A stretch of 63,900 nt of DNA, filler included, from Asterionella formosa (Eukaryota): assembly GCA_002256025.1 (NCBI GenBank). It is 12 parts of 12 records of this genome, joined end to end, with 100 filler letters (N's around TTAATTAATTAA, not from the genome) between each part and the next. Parts side by side here need not be neighbours in the genome. Positions count along the whole stretch, not along the records: positions 24,184 to 48,265 come from NKIB01002314.1; positions 48,366 to 49,829 come from NKIB01002327.1; 10 more parts are not named here. The stretch is one strand, 5' to 3'. Under the pieces are notes generated by a model. That model worked only from the letters and a program-made list of their open reading frames with translations, was not told where the DNA came from and made no database searches. Within the stretch, counting starts at the first letter, position 1. Every line of letters starts with the position of its first letter. The position numbers and the translations under genes were made by a program. Shown in pieces: positions 38,301 through 49,250 of this stretch.

Positions 38301-38335
38301 AGTCAGGGCGTTTCGTGATGGACATTTGGAGCTAG
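35330..38335 (+). CDS. MTRR: methionine synthase reductase-like diflavin oxidoreductase with two tandem flavodoxin domains
   Basis: LY(G/A)SATGNAEHIAK / STTGN / LGLGDTNY..FC / DEATGLEDVVEPW occur twice. FAD motif PRYYSVSS, NADPH motifs GPGTGIAPF, FFGCR, YVQD, IYLCGD, terminal DIWS. No membrane anchor, unlike CPR. Confidence 0.88.
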   Translation: MSSLYVLYGSATGNAEHIAKDLASKPVPSGFDKIVCEPLDKFKKFHDTWVQPPASTNAHHGIIIVASTTGNGDAPENASRFVRFIKRKGTPTDLFQHCAFSVLGLGDTNYDQFCETGKLLDRKMRELGGHRAMNLACADEATGLEDVVEPWTKNVFAQISKACLGENGNGMDDEPLAFSPVTVNTTQKDSHIEELHSNSPETMSLATSNGCAGTATQLPPSISSSPLFILYASATGNAEHIAKEIASTYEAIQKNPDADTYFPSVICCEADQFKKKCASQWEKAPPTGCKHGILLVASTTGNADVPENASRFSRFIKNKSTPKTYFSHCSYAVLGLGDTNYDVFCATGKAFDKKLHELGGTRVKDVACADEATGLEDVVEPWKSSILWEITKACRGGEDSVQTMPISAHVTSPYIEQLELNIAPTLKESRGVFTVRNILLLSESTPLPSVDHSVLPSLGTSLSSCHLILDEETRRRSRGNSVSLADMDRMTISSNTSSVVFTHSKPFETTILGARYLTKTSTSAATTAWEILQTGNLNDDYFIQAMEVYDNEFPLHGVDPDTCLRNGKRVIELKLSLPDDFTLEYQPGDSLGITVPNRPDAVKFVLNILKRNHGIESTQKISIDSCHPITVGEAVRRNVDLCSPLKSKRIIHSLSQYATDPAEVCTLRLLASKTVRGEEAFQSYIEDQRITIVDLLQHFPSSQSITLEGLIGMLPGIPPRYYSVSSSPLDRKLGTSSLTVAFSVVDYLTPSLVIGDQEMGARRIAGIATRYLEMLCSPYLCGAQDASCTQTLPIFPKPSTDFHLPSTLSTPLILIGPGTGIAPFIGFLSHRAAQIGASRDAAKEVVEGTWRGGYELEVDDVPVSDRDARGLNIGRDYQTRGSIDVFFGCRHHDHDWLFADEMKAWDKEGLISNLHTAFSRGENKTYVQDLMQKDEFCRTNLVHQVLENNASIYLCGDGNKMAKDVQGGILEILSTKLGIEKGQKYFEAMKQSGRFVMDIWS

Positions 38336-38353
38336 TGGCATAACAGCATGATC

Positions 38354-39161
38354 TGTTAGGGTTAGGGTTACCCTAACAGCTGTAGCCATGTCACTATTAT
38401 ATTCAAGTTCTGTTCTAGAGTTCTACAACAATGCCATAGAGTCATGTAAAATGAGACCAATAATCCTTGGCAACATATCTGCTCTGAGAGAGATAGAGTC
38501 TACTAAGATGTTCGCCAAATTTATGAAGCAACTGTCATTAGAATGTGAGAAGATTAGAAGCACCAAGCGATTCAGAATAAGCCAAAATGTGGTTTGCTAT
38601 CAAGAAGGCTCAAGAGGCAATGGAGGAGATTAATGTTTTGATTGGGAAACCTCCACCCAAAAAGGCAATGGCAGCTTTATAGGAGTCTGGCAGTTCAGTT
38701 GAATTTGCCATCTATTGATGACAATGTTTTCATTCAAAACCTTCATGCAAAAAAGCAAAGACATGTTTATTGGAATCTGTCAATTCAATTGAAATAGAGT
38801 TATCAACCTCTTGTTTGTCTTCTTGTACTGATGACAATGTTTTGATTATAGAAAATGAATAACTAGAATTTTAAAATGGTTTGTTTTTATTTCAATGACA
38901 TTATTGCTAGTTTCATTTCATTGTTTCCAATTTGCAGCCTAGAATTAAAAAATATCAATTGAATTACCATATACAATTCATCCTCATTTTGAATCCACAA
39001 GTGCTCAATCAAGCCTTTTTACAATTGAAAGTGCTCACCTTCATTCATTTAGCTCATTTGAATTTTGTTGAAATCTAGCAACGCATACAAATTGTCATGA
39101 TTCACCTCATCAACCAAAAATCCATCCAGAATGTGTTAGGGTTTCAACCCTAACCCTAACA
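38354..39161. mobile_element. 808-bp element with TTAGGG-based terminal inverted repeats
   Basis: TGTTAGGGTTAGGGTT (38354-38369) is the perfect inverse of AACCCTAACCCTAACA (39146-39161). AT-rich interior. Confidence 0.65.
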
Positions 39162-40474
39162 AGTACCGGCCCAGTTCTTGTGGTACCAGGTACCTGGCAT
39201 CTGGTCCAGGTACTCCCTACTCCCTACAACTTTTTTTGTATATAGGTACAACAATACAAGGTGCGCCAGTGCTAACAGGTCTGGTACTACCTGGAGTACC
39301 AGGTACCAGGTACCTGATCATATTCGGAGTATTGTTCTTACATCGTCACATACTCCTGCCGGTACTCGGAGTGCTTCGTAACCACATATGTTGATATCCT
39401 TGCATGAATACTCTTTACACAATCGCTCCTCGCGCCAATTTCAAGTCAAATGAAATACCATATTCAAGACTTGTTACCTGGTAGTTATTCATAAACGATT
39501 GTAGGCATCATACATTCGTATGTAGGAAGCACAGTGGTGCATTTGGGTGCTAACGAAGGGTGGAGAATAGCACCCGGTATTTGTGTAGGACACAGATACC
39601 GGTACCGGTAGTCCAAAGAAGAAGTTCTATACATATTCAGTACCGGTACGCACCTTGTGCCAGTTACTCCGAGTCCCTGGGAGGCAGTGGTGTTCGAAAC
39701 CCGGTTGCGGGGATATGAAAACTAAAACTAAAACGAAACACTCTACCACCGTACTTACTACCTTAATTTACATATGCCTGAAATCTCAATGTGATTCTGT
39801 AGTCTACAGTGTAGGCATACGGGACAGTAAATTTTCTTTCTCCTTTGCATTCGCAGCGTTGTGTTCACGTTGATTGTTAACTCTGCTTACCTTGTTCCCA
39901 GCATACTTCCACCACTCTAGCTGAATACAAGGCAGTTAATTTCAATTGATTCAGTGCTTGCACCTATAAGTTGTTCGGCTGCGTTGACTAAACAAAAGTC
40001 GACGAAAGTGTTGCCCTTCATTTTTTGTTTTGGCAGCAGTCTTTGGTACTGACTCACGTAGATTTGGACGTGTGATTTTGTGGCGAAGTTCCCACGAGGT
40101 TGCAGTTTGTAGAATAGATTTGACTCAATCTCATTCATCGCTTTCTGCAACGAAATCAGCATTTCAATCGTTGATTCGAGTACCGGTAGTGAATCTGTGA
40201 CCGAGTGGATATATTTGTTTCAATCGGACATTTCTCAAGTCTTGTCAAAATAGTCCCGGAACATCGCCAAGGCGATCTAGCTGACCTTGTGGGTTTGAAT
40301 CGAAACGACAAAGGACTGCTACTGTTGCGTGATTGCATGTCGAAAGGACCTCTAGAGGCATTAGTTGCTGGCACTAGCAACTACAACTGCCGAACGCTTT
40401 TTGAACGAAGCAGTGGTGCGCATCATTACCCGTTCAGGCTTCGATCACGTTCTCTCGACAACGATTTTGGCACA

Positions 40475-43400
40475 ATGTCAGATCAAACAGGAGAAAGTAA
40501 GTCGTTATCTGCAGTCACTCATCTGCATTCTTCTTTCGATGCAACATTGTTTGATGATGAACAAGAGGAATCAATCTTTCGACGATCAAACCGTGTATCC
40601 GATGCGTCGTCCTGGGAGGAATGTGCTGATGGCGAACAGAGTGGACGAAAGCATCACTTGCAACTTGTGTCCATAGAATCAGCACCATTATCGACACCAG
40701 GAACGGTGCGCAAGCTCCCTCGGAGAAATAGCAATCCCGGCGCAACCAACCCGGCACTAGGTGATAAAACTCCGCGGCGACATCATTCTAGACCTCCAAC
40801 GTCGAAACAAACGCCATCGTCTGCTTCGAGGAGGAGACGAGCTCCTTTGCTTCAAAGAGACTCCCCCTATCGGAAGTCTCCCTTTCGAATGCCACCTGCT
40901 GCACGCACTTTCAATCAACAAGAAGCAAATATTCCCCCAGTAACGGGACCTAAACCACTTTTAGGAACTCCATCACAGGCAACGCCTATTCACAGCAAGG
41001 TATCAAAAACGAGGAAACCGGAGACCTGTCAAACAGCTACTACAGCTGAAAATTCGTTCGATGCTACGACGGTGGATAGCCAAGACCCCTTCTCCCCAGC
41101 TTCAACTCCTTTTCGTTTTGCGTCATTTCCTGCCTCGCTTCCTCGAGTTAATCCTCGGTCGTACATGGAAACGTCGAGTCCATTGGATGGACCCGCTTGT
41201 CCTACTACACTTCGAAAGCGCATGAATTTTACAAAGGGAAAGGAATTGTTAGAAGGAGACTACGATTACCCAGCAAGTACTACCAAGAGAGCAAGCAGAT
41301 ATGTCAACATTTCGTCAATGAGCAACGCCAGTCGTGACGAAGAAGGCACGCAAAACTCCAGCATGAGCAGCATGTCTGCAGAAGCATTCTCACATATGCA
41401 AACAATGCCATCGTTTCCTCCTCCTGTTTCCAAACTTGACGGTATAGTCTCGAAATTTAGTGACGACAGTGACATGCCTGAGAATCCACAAGCGAGACCG
41501 TTGACGTCGCTCAACACTAAGTTGTTCATGTACGATCACGAGGATTATGATGATAGCGAGGATGTATCTCCCATTGGAATAAATGTTGCCAAGACAAGGT
41601 TAAATTTTAACGTTGGTACGAGCCCATCGGACCAAAAATTCCAAGGACAACGGCTTGCATTTGGTAATGACGATGAACGAAACCGAGGAAATAATGTATC
41701 TGTCCCTTATGAGCATGAACAATTCCGGAACTTTTCATCAACAACCTTGACTTCCTCTCCAAGTCAGAATATTGCCTCTTTCGAGAAAAATTCGGTTACG
41801 TTTACTACGGCGCCCATTTCTCCTGCTCGATCTAGAACGAGCAATACTATGAACCAAGGTTTGGATCAACCCTCAACACCCGATGAAGTCCAGATCCATT
41901 TCCACGTTGACGGTGCTCAATGTTCGCCTATTCCAGGAATCCTCGAAGAAGACGGAAACATTGACATGGATCTTGAATCAAGTATATCGCCCACGAACCA
42001 AGGTCAATGTGACACCTCGAGATGTTCAGAGAACGAAGACACAGTAAAACTGTCTCTTTCGCAAGGATCATCTGGGTCGTCGACAAATAGCAAACTGAGG
42101 AGACTACGGCCGATGCCGGATATGTCTGCCTTTGATGCTGGCGGATCAGTGAGAAGTCTAGCATCATCAAGGAACGACAAGTCAGGTGAAGATTTCATCG
42201 CTCAACCACAGTCGCCAAAGCTCTTGTGCCCACCTACCCCGGTTCGAACACCTGCATGGGCACACAACGAACATGGCGTAAATCCATTTGCTCGAGCTAA
42301 CTCACTGATTGTTACAAAAGTGCTTGCCACTTGCCCAGTTAAAGTTGTTGAAGGACATTCGTCGCTGGAGAATTCCTTGATCGAAGATGAAGTTGACCAG
42401 CGTCGAACCTCGTTGTCATTTTCTACGGTTGACGAAGAAATGGAGCAGCAAGATTCTCGACTGATGCATGTACCCACTTCAGAGGGGTTCGATTCATCAG
42501 TCTCAGCACCATCGCTCCAAGTATCATCTATGCAATCACCGCTGTTCTCAAGCGATGAGCACCTTCGCTCCATAAATCCTATGCCAAAGATGTTGTTGCC
42601 GTCGAAGTTACCTCCTCCAAAGTTCATTGCGAACAAAAATGGAGAAGTGGGATCTGTTGTTTCTTTCGCTTCTGATTTTGAAAATTTGGGACTTTTGGGG
42701 AGAGGATCATTTGCGGACGTGTATAAGGTCCGTTCGAGGCAGGACGGGCAGCTTTATGCCGTTAAGAAAAACCGACGTCAGTTCCGAGGAAAGCGCGACC
42801 GTGATTTGGCCATGGCAGAGGTGCGAACAATGCAAACGCTTCAAAATGTGTGTGTCCAGACCAGCAACACTGACGTAAGGGACAATGTGAATGGAAGCTA
42901 CAGCCTTTACGTTCTGTTCTTTTACAGGGCATGGCAAGAAGAGGGATTTTTTTTCTGCCAAACTGAGTTGTGCTGCCGTGATACGTGCAGAGAACTACAT
43001 GATTCTCTGACGTCAGATTGGCAAACTGCCGTACGTAAATATCCAAGCCTCTTGAATCATTTACAACCAAATGAATGTAATCCAGATAGCGATATGAATA
43101 TTGATGGCCGACTTATGCCTGTACCAACGCTTTGGAAGATATGCCATAACGTTGCCGCTGGGCTTTCCCATATTCATTCTTGCGGCATCGTCCATCGGGA
43201 TATCAAGCCATCCAACATTCTTTTCGTCTCTCATCCTCGTTTTGGTGCAATGTGTAAAATTGGCGATTTGGGCATGGCGGGCGAAATCGGCAGTTGTGAA
43301 GATGGCCAAGAAGGTGATACAGTATACATGGCTCCAGAACTTCTTTCTTCGGGAGTGAAGCAACCCAGTGCTGACATATTCAGCCTTGGTCTGACATTGT

Positions 43401-43819
43401 ACGAGATGGCTGCGGGCATTGGTTGGGAACTGCCTTCAGAAGGCCCACGATGGCACGATCTTCGAAGCGGTTCCCACATTCCTGAGCTGCCGTCAACCCG
43501 CTCTTATGATCTGATCAATTTGATTCAAAGAATGATTCAGGAACGATCTAGGCGACCAAGTGCAGATGTCATCCTAAGGGAAGTCTTGGTTAGCGAAGCT
43601 GGGTCGAGATGCGATGAATTTCTGAGGGACTACGTAAAAGACACGGAGGAGTTTGATCGAATTCGACAAGAGCGCGTTTCCATTGCTCAACGCGAGGCAA
43701 TCGACATTGTAATGACTCCTAGGCACATGGACAGTGCAGACAGAGAACTTCGAACGCCTACCCCGGGAGTTCCGCTGGCTCCAGTCCTCTTCGCGACCCC
43801 GCCACCTGTGACGAATTGA
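40475..43819 (+). CDS. WEE1: WEE1/Myt1-family cell-cycle kinase
   Basis: Long SP/TP-rich N-terminus (PPTPVRTP). Kinase motifs LGRGSFADVYKV, YAVKK, HRDIKPSNI, KIGDLG, EGDTVYMAPE, ADIFSLG, LPSEGPRWHDLR. Start placed at ATG 40475; the frame is open from 40205. Confidence 0.9.
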   Translation: MSDQTGESKSLSAVTHLHSSFDATLFDDEQEESIFRRSNRVSDASSWEECADGEQSGRKHHLQLVSIESAPLSTPGTVRKLPRRNSNPGATNPALGDKTPRRHHSRPPTSKQTPSSASRRRRAPLLQRDSPYRKSPFRMPPAARTFNQQEANIPPVTGPKPLLGTPSQATPIHSKVSKTRKPETCQTATTAENSFDATTVDSQDPFSPASTPFRFASFPASLPRVNPRSYMETSSPLDGPACPTTLRKRMNFTKGKELLEGDYDYPASTTKRASRYVNISSMSNASRDEEGTQNSSMSSMSAEAFSHMQTMPSFPPPVSKLDGIVSKFSDDSDMPENPQARPLTSLNTKLFMYDHEDYDDSEDVSPIGINVAKTRLNFNVGTSPSDQKFQGQRLAFGNDDERNRGNNVSVPYEHEQFRNFSSTTLTSSPSQNIASFEKNSVTFTTAPISPARSRTSNTMNQGLDQPSTPDEVQIHFHVDGAQCSPIPGILEEDGNIDMDLESSISPTNQGQCDTSRCSENEDTVKLSLSQGSSGSSTNSKLRRLRPMPDMSAFDAGGSVRSLASSRNDKSGEDFIAQPQSPKLLCPPTPVRTPAWAHNEHGVNPFARANSLIVTKVLATCPVKVVEGHSSLENSLIEDEVDQRRTSLSFSTVDEEMEQQDSRLMHVPTSEGFDSSVSAPSLQVSSMQSPLFSSDEHLRSINPMPKMLLPSKLPPPKFIANKNGEVGSVVSFASDFENLGLLGRGSFADVYKVRSRQDGQLYAVKKNRRQFRGKRDRDLAMAEVRTMQTLQNVCVQTSNTDVRDNVNGSYSLYVLFFYRAWQEEGFFFCQTELCCRDTCRELHDSLTSDWQTAVRKYPSLLNHLQPNECNPDSDMNIDGRLMPVPTLWKICHNVAAGLSHIHSCGIVHRDIKPSNILFVSHPRFGAMCKIGDLGMAGEIGSCEDGQEGDTVYMAPELLSSGVKQPSADIFSLGLTLYEMAAGIGWELPSEGPRWHDLRSGSHIPELPSTRSYDLINLIQRMIQERSRRPSADVILREVLVSEAGSRCDEFLRDYVKDTEEFDRIRQERVSIAQREAIDIVMTPRHMDSADRELRTPTPGVPLAPVLFATPPPVTN

Positions 43820-43932
43820 GATTACGTGACTAAATAATAAATGTAAGCTGAGCAAAAAGTTAAGATAAAATTTGTTTGGCTTTTACCCTGTTCCCTAATT
43901 AGTGATCCTAGCAATTGTCTGTAACTCCCCAA

Positions 43933-44956
43933 GGTTCCTGCATTTCAAACCTTGATTAGAGGTAGGGTTTAAAAAATAATATTGAGTCAGAGTACTAAAA
44001 CACACACTTCTTACGACTTCTTACGAGTAAAATAAAAATGTATTTCACTAAACGGAGCTTTCACCAATTCACTCCCTGTCAATATGCTTAGGACAGTCAT
44101 TGATCAAAGTAGGGGTGTAGGTTAACTATATGTTAACTCTATGTAACGTCAGTATATAGGATCTGGCGAGAAACTGCAGAAAGGAACTTCGGTATTTTAC
44201 CATGTTATTAAGACCAGAAATTTTGGGGGAAATCACTTTATTTGGCATGGTAAAAAACCGAAGTTCCTTTCTGCAGTTTCTCGCCAGAAGTTATATACTG
44301 ATGCTATTTGAAGCTTACATCTTAATCGCCTTCAGACCCAGCCAACGTTGAGCAATGGTCATCCAAAAACAACCAATTTCGGCCTCATCATCATCTCCAA
44401 AATATCGGAATCAGAACCACTTGGTGCCAAAACGTCATCATCCAAATAGGAGTCTTGTAATACAATATCTAGTCGTAAAATTTCTTGTACCAACTATTCC
44501 ATTGTAAGTGCGCGCATTATTATTGACATACTGCTTGGCTATTGTGAAATTTGTACCTCTGTTTGATTGTGCAAGGAATTGCAAACCCATCCCAGCCACA
44601 TTGGAAAAACATGTAACATTTCCTTGGGAGTATAGGTAGGCTGTCACTATATCCAGTACAGGTACCAGGTACCAGTAAATGATCATCATTGAACATCATT
44701 TGCATACCACTCCTTGAGTGCACTTTCAAATTTTTGCCAAGCTGCCAGGTCATATACAAGCAACATTATCATCAGCATATATACACATAGCAATGTAGAA
44801 TTTCTATATTTATTTAGCAAATTTGAAAAGGAATCTATGTATGTACATGCAAATTTCCATAGATTTAATAAATTCAAATGGCCTGTGGTGATCATGTCAT
44901 TCAAAAATAGCTCATGTAAATTCTTAGTTCCAGGGAATTTCGGCAATGCAGGAACC
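43933..44956 (+). mobile_element. Kolobok-like non-autonomous element, copy C
   Basis: AA|GGTTCCTGCATT ... AATGCAGGAACC|TTAA. Near-perfect internal palindrome 44163-44287. Confidence 0.8.
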
Positions 44957-45319
44957 TTAAGATGTTACACCTTCAGGTTATTCAACGCTCATCTTGTCTC
45001 TACAACTACCTTATACAACTAGTAAATGATGTCAAGACAAGTGCTCAGAGTACTACTACCTGGGGAGTTGCTGTAAAAGACGGTTTTCACTATAAGGAAA
45101 ACTAAGCTAAATTGCTCATTTAACGGATCTTGCTGGCATACCTGGTTACCTGGTACTCCATATAAGTGATGCTTCATTGTGTTTCCCTGTTCTAGTTCCT
45201 TGTACAGTGTATGAAGCAATAGAGTTACAGACAACAAGGGCTGATTGTCAGGATCTAGGTTCTCTAGTCCTCTTCCAGAATTGTCAGATGGTCCATTGCT
45301 GCTGGTGAGGAATAGCTCC

Positions 45320-45660
45320 CTGTACCCTCTGGGTGCATTACTCCTGGTTGGTGCATGGTGTGTAGGTTTATTATGCTCCTACAGTATTGCACTCACTAGT
45401 AAGTGACTCCTGCTACCCACATCACAATGTACACATAGACTAGATGCAGTCCCTCCATAATGGCAACATACCCAATAGACCTGATCTGGAAGTGGTCATC
45501 ATGGCCTCCTTACACAATGAATGGGGATAGCTCCCTGCGAGGTTTTGTGTGACCCCACCCCTGATCAGGTAGTGAATCTATTACAATAGTTGGGATAACT
45601 ACTACCTCCATTTGCTTGCCCATAGAAGCTTCATGCCAATGTACTATGTGTACCTGACTC
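45320..45660 (+). repeat. dispersed repeat, inverted homolog of ~47755-48100
   Basis: Shared blocks TACCCACATCACAATGT, CTCCATAATGGCAA, GTGTGACCCCA..CCCTGATC, GGATAACTACT, GCTTGCC.ATAGA. Confidence 0.7.
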
Positions 45661-46072
45661 TGATGATGTCATATCCATTGGGAACCTCATCAGCATGCAT
45701 TGGTTGCAAGAGCAACGAAGCTACAGTGCAGTGCAAACATAAGGCCAAGCAACAACAGAAGAATCGAGCAAACCGCTCACATTTCGAAAAAGTTCGTTTT
45801 GATCCCAACTCGTCCTGTAGCATTGTATCTGTACCATTCTCTTATGCCGGTTGCAGGTACCGGTATGTATACGACATCCAGGTACCAGGTACCGGTACCC
45901 TGGTACCCCGTGCCTCCAGTCGTCCTGCCTGTCCTCCTGTACAGCCAGCAATGAGATACCTATGGGAACATCAGTCACACATCACGTCCCTGTTTTTTCC
46001 ATCACCCTCCAACTTGTTACCGGCATGTGATTGCAATTTCACATTCTTGTAAACCAACTTTTCTTGTTGACC

Positions 46073-47120
46073 ATGCTTTTCCACCTCTCGCTTCTCAGCC
46101 TACTGGTCAGTCAATCACTCTCATGGGTTACTCCACCAAGCCCTCTCATGAAGCAAAGGACAATGCTCTCTGTTACCGCCGAGAAGAAGATTGCGTTTGC
46201 AAAATACGAAGGTCTGGGAAATGATTTCATCCTGATTGACGATCGTACCTCCACACATCCTTCCTTGACCCCAGAACAATCAGCGAAGCTTTGTAATAGG
46301 AATTTTGGAGTCGGTGGGGATGGGGTTATTTTCGCACTTCAGCCTCCATCGAATGACTACGATTTCAGCATGCGCATCTACAATTCGGATGGCTCTGAGC
46401 CAGAAATGTGTGGCAACGGCATTCGTTGCTTCGCGCAGTTTCTCAAGGATCTTGGAGAGGATGGTTAGTATTGTACTTCTGCCTGTTCATTTGAGTTTAA
46501 TATAGTTTTCGCATAGTTCTCACAATAACTTTTTTGAACTCGTAGCCAAAACGTACAGGGTAAATACGTTGGCTGGGCCAATTATTCCCGAAATGAACGA
46601 CGATGGTACTATTACAGTTGATATGGGACCACCTGAGCTTGTTGGTAGGAAGGTTCCCACCACTTTGGAGCCTAATTTTGCTGGAGATTCTGTTGTTGAA
46701 CAAGCCCTGACTTGCAACGGGAAAGAGTGGAAGATATCGGCTGTTAGCATGGGCAACCCACACGCCATTATCTTTGTCGATGATCTGGAAAGCGACATTG
46801 ACTTTGAAAAAGATGGTCCAGCCCTAGAGGCTGATCCTGCTTTCCCAGCCAAGATTAATGTTGAGTTTGTCCAAGTGATAGCTGATGATCACTTAAAGAT
46901 GAAGGTTTGGGAACGAGGAGCTGGTCCAACCTTGGCATGTGGAACTGGTGCTTGCGCTTTGACCGTGGCCGCAATTAGAGCTGGAAAGATCCCAAGAGTC
47001 AAGACTCGAGTGACTTTGCCAGGTGGTGACCTCTTTATCGAGTGGAAGGAAGATGACAACAAAGTTTACATGACTGGACCTGCCACCTTTGCTTTTGAAG
47101 GGTTTGCTAAGTTAAGCTAG
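46073..47120 (+). CDS. dapF: diaminopimelate epimerase, predicted plastid-targeted, 2 exons
   Basis: Exons 46073-46463 and 46546-47120. [55 protein letters not shown]. Signal peptide ends SLS-W followed by a transit-like segment (diatom ASAFAP-type). Confidence 0.95.
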
Positions 47121-47754
47121 ACCGCTACATGGCAACTTTTCTGCTTGTTGAGAGAAGCCAACGCGTTTCCCTCTAACTTTTTTGGAATTAAATGCACATG
47201 TTTATAGTAGCTTCATTTCACTGCTGTCGAGTCGGGTCGATGATAGACGAAAGAGCAGATTGAATGGACAATTATGGAGGAAGCTGATGTCCACGCAACA
47301 TCCGAACGAGCATTAAATAGATGAGTCAGAAATGTGCTACCATAGCTGATCTGTTGCATCAATACCCATTGAGACTACTACAAGGTACAAGTCAGTATCT
47401 GGTACTTCGCTCTAATAGAGAACTGGTAGCTATTCCTAGCATCTCAATCCCTGGCAGTGGAGAACCAAACTCCACTAGCCTCCTGGCAATCTTTATTCAT
47501 TCATCAGTGTTTATTAGCCTCAACTTCTCTGTCACTCCTGAAATAGGCGAGAGCCAGCTGACATTCTAGACAGATGTGTAGCAGCCGATGGAAATATATA
47601 AATACCTGCCAGGTAAAATAACATTCTTGATTAGCCAGTATGTTACATAGACTGTAAATCATGCTTGTCTGTGTGATTGCAGTGGATCTACTGTTTCCAT
47701 CTATAGCTATACCATAGTATGTAATATCCTATACTTTGGCAGCACTGGGTACTA

Positions 47755-48100
47755 CTTGTCTGGAACATATAATACCTTGGCATGTAGCCTCTATAGGCAA
47801 GCAGATGGAAGTAGTTATCCTAGCTACTGTAATAGACTCACCACCCGATCAGGGATGGGGTCACACCAACCTCCTGGGGAGCAACACTTCTTTGTATGAT
47901 GGACTGTAATTACATCCACGTTTAAGTCCATCAGGCATTTTGCCATTATGGAGATACCAAGGTACCATTTACAGCATCTATATGCACATTGTGATGTGGG
48001 TAAGAGGAGTCATTCAATGATTCAATGAATACGAGCTGCAGGACCACAAAAAACCTGCCTGCAAGGATCCATGCACCAGTGGGGTGGTACATACCGTATA
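47755..48100 (-). repeat. dispersed repeat, inverted homolog of ~45320-45660
   Basis: The reverse complement aligns by eye with 45320-45660. Confidence 0.7.
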
Positions 48101-49250
48101 CTTCATTGTCCTGGACCCCCCTGAGGTTGCTGGACCCCCCTGTACATTTTTTTCGAGGTGGCACCAAACACCCAATAATTTTCTAGACATAGACAAAGTA
48201 ACGTGTTATAATTCTGATTTTTGTGGCGGAAATTGAATGACGCTACCATTATAAACTACCAGTAANNNNNNNNNNNNNNNNNNNNNNNNNNNNNNNNNNN
48301 NNNNNNNNNTTAATTAATTAANNNNNNNNNNNNNNNNNNNNNNNNNNNNNNNNNNNNNNNNNNNNCTTGAGACATTGCAGCCAGTACAAGAGTGCTTGGC
48401 TCGTCGACTCAATGAATTGTTAATACGGTATTCTTTATGGAAATTGTGGAAATTCGAACAGCTTGGGTGATGATAGGTGGTCCAAAACGAGGGCATGGCT
48501 TAAATTGTTAAAATTAAAGTACAGCAGCATATGTACCGGTATCCAGACATCAGTACAGGTGGTACCTGGTACCAGCTAGTACCAGGTACCGCACCAGTAC
48601 CGATATGCATTTTTTATGGTACATATAAACAAGTGGCTGTACTCCTACATACAGACATCAGTACAAGTGGTGGTACCGTACCGGCATGCAATCATTCAAA
48701 AGAATGCATACTGGTAGAACAGTCGCGCTGGGAGTTCCGGGAAAGTCCGAATATTGCAAATATTTGTCCGAACATGCAGACCGGTACGTTATATGATCAA
48801 ATAATGATCATGTAACCGTACATAAAATATATATGTACAGTATATATAGGAGTATACCCGAAATTAATTTGGTTTGGATCCTGATAAAAGGTGCTGAAAA
48901 CACGTCATCATCTACGTCACTGGTATGTTTTCAACGTAGAACAAAAGATTCCAGGTGGAAGCACATGAGCGAACGGAATCTTGATCAGACAATGCGAAGA
49001 CAAGTGTTCGGACCTGCACCTGTCCGTCTCAAAACGCATTGACGATTCTGTTTACCGGTATGCTTGTTCAAACAGTGTTCCTGGTACAGTGTAGTTTCGC
49101 AACTGCGCCTACCCGCCTCAATACACTTGCCCGACGCTTTGTTAGCTGGTTCAAACTGTGGTCCCCTGGTACTTGGTACTGGTACCTGGTACCAGGGTAC
49201 TGGGTATCGTACTGTAGTACTGGTACCGTTAGCATCAGATAGATCTCTAA

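Noticed and set aside
40205..40474. N-terminal extension of the WEE1 ORF
   Set aside because: It starts at a GTG and looks like 5' UTR. An in-frame ATG near 40337 cannot be excluded.
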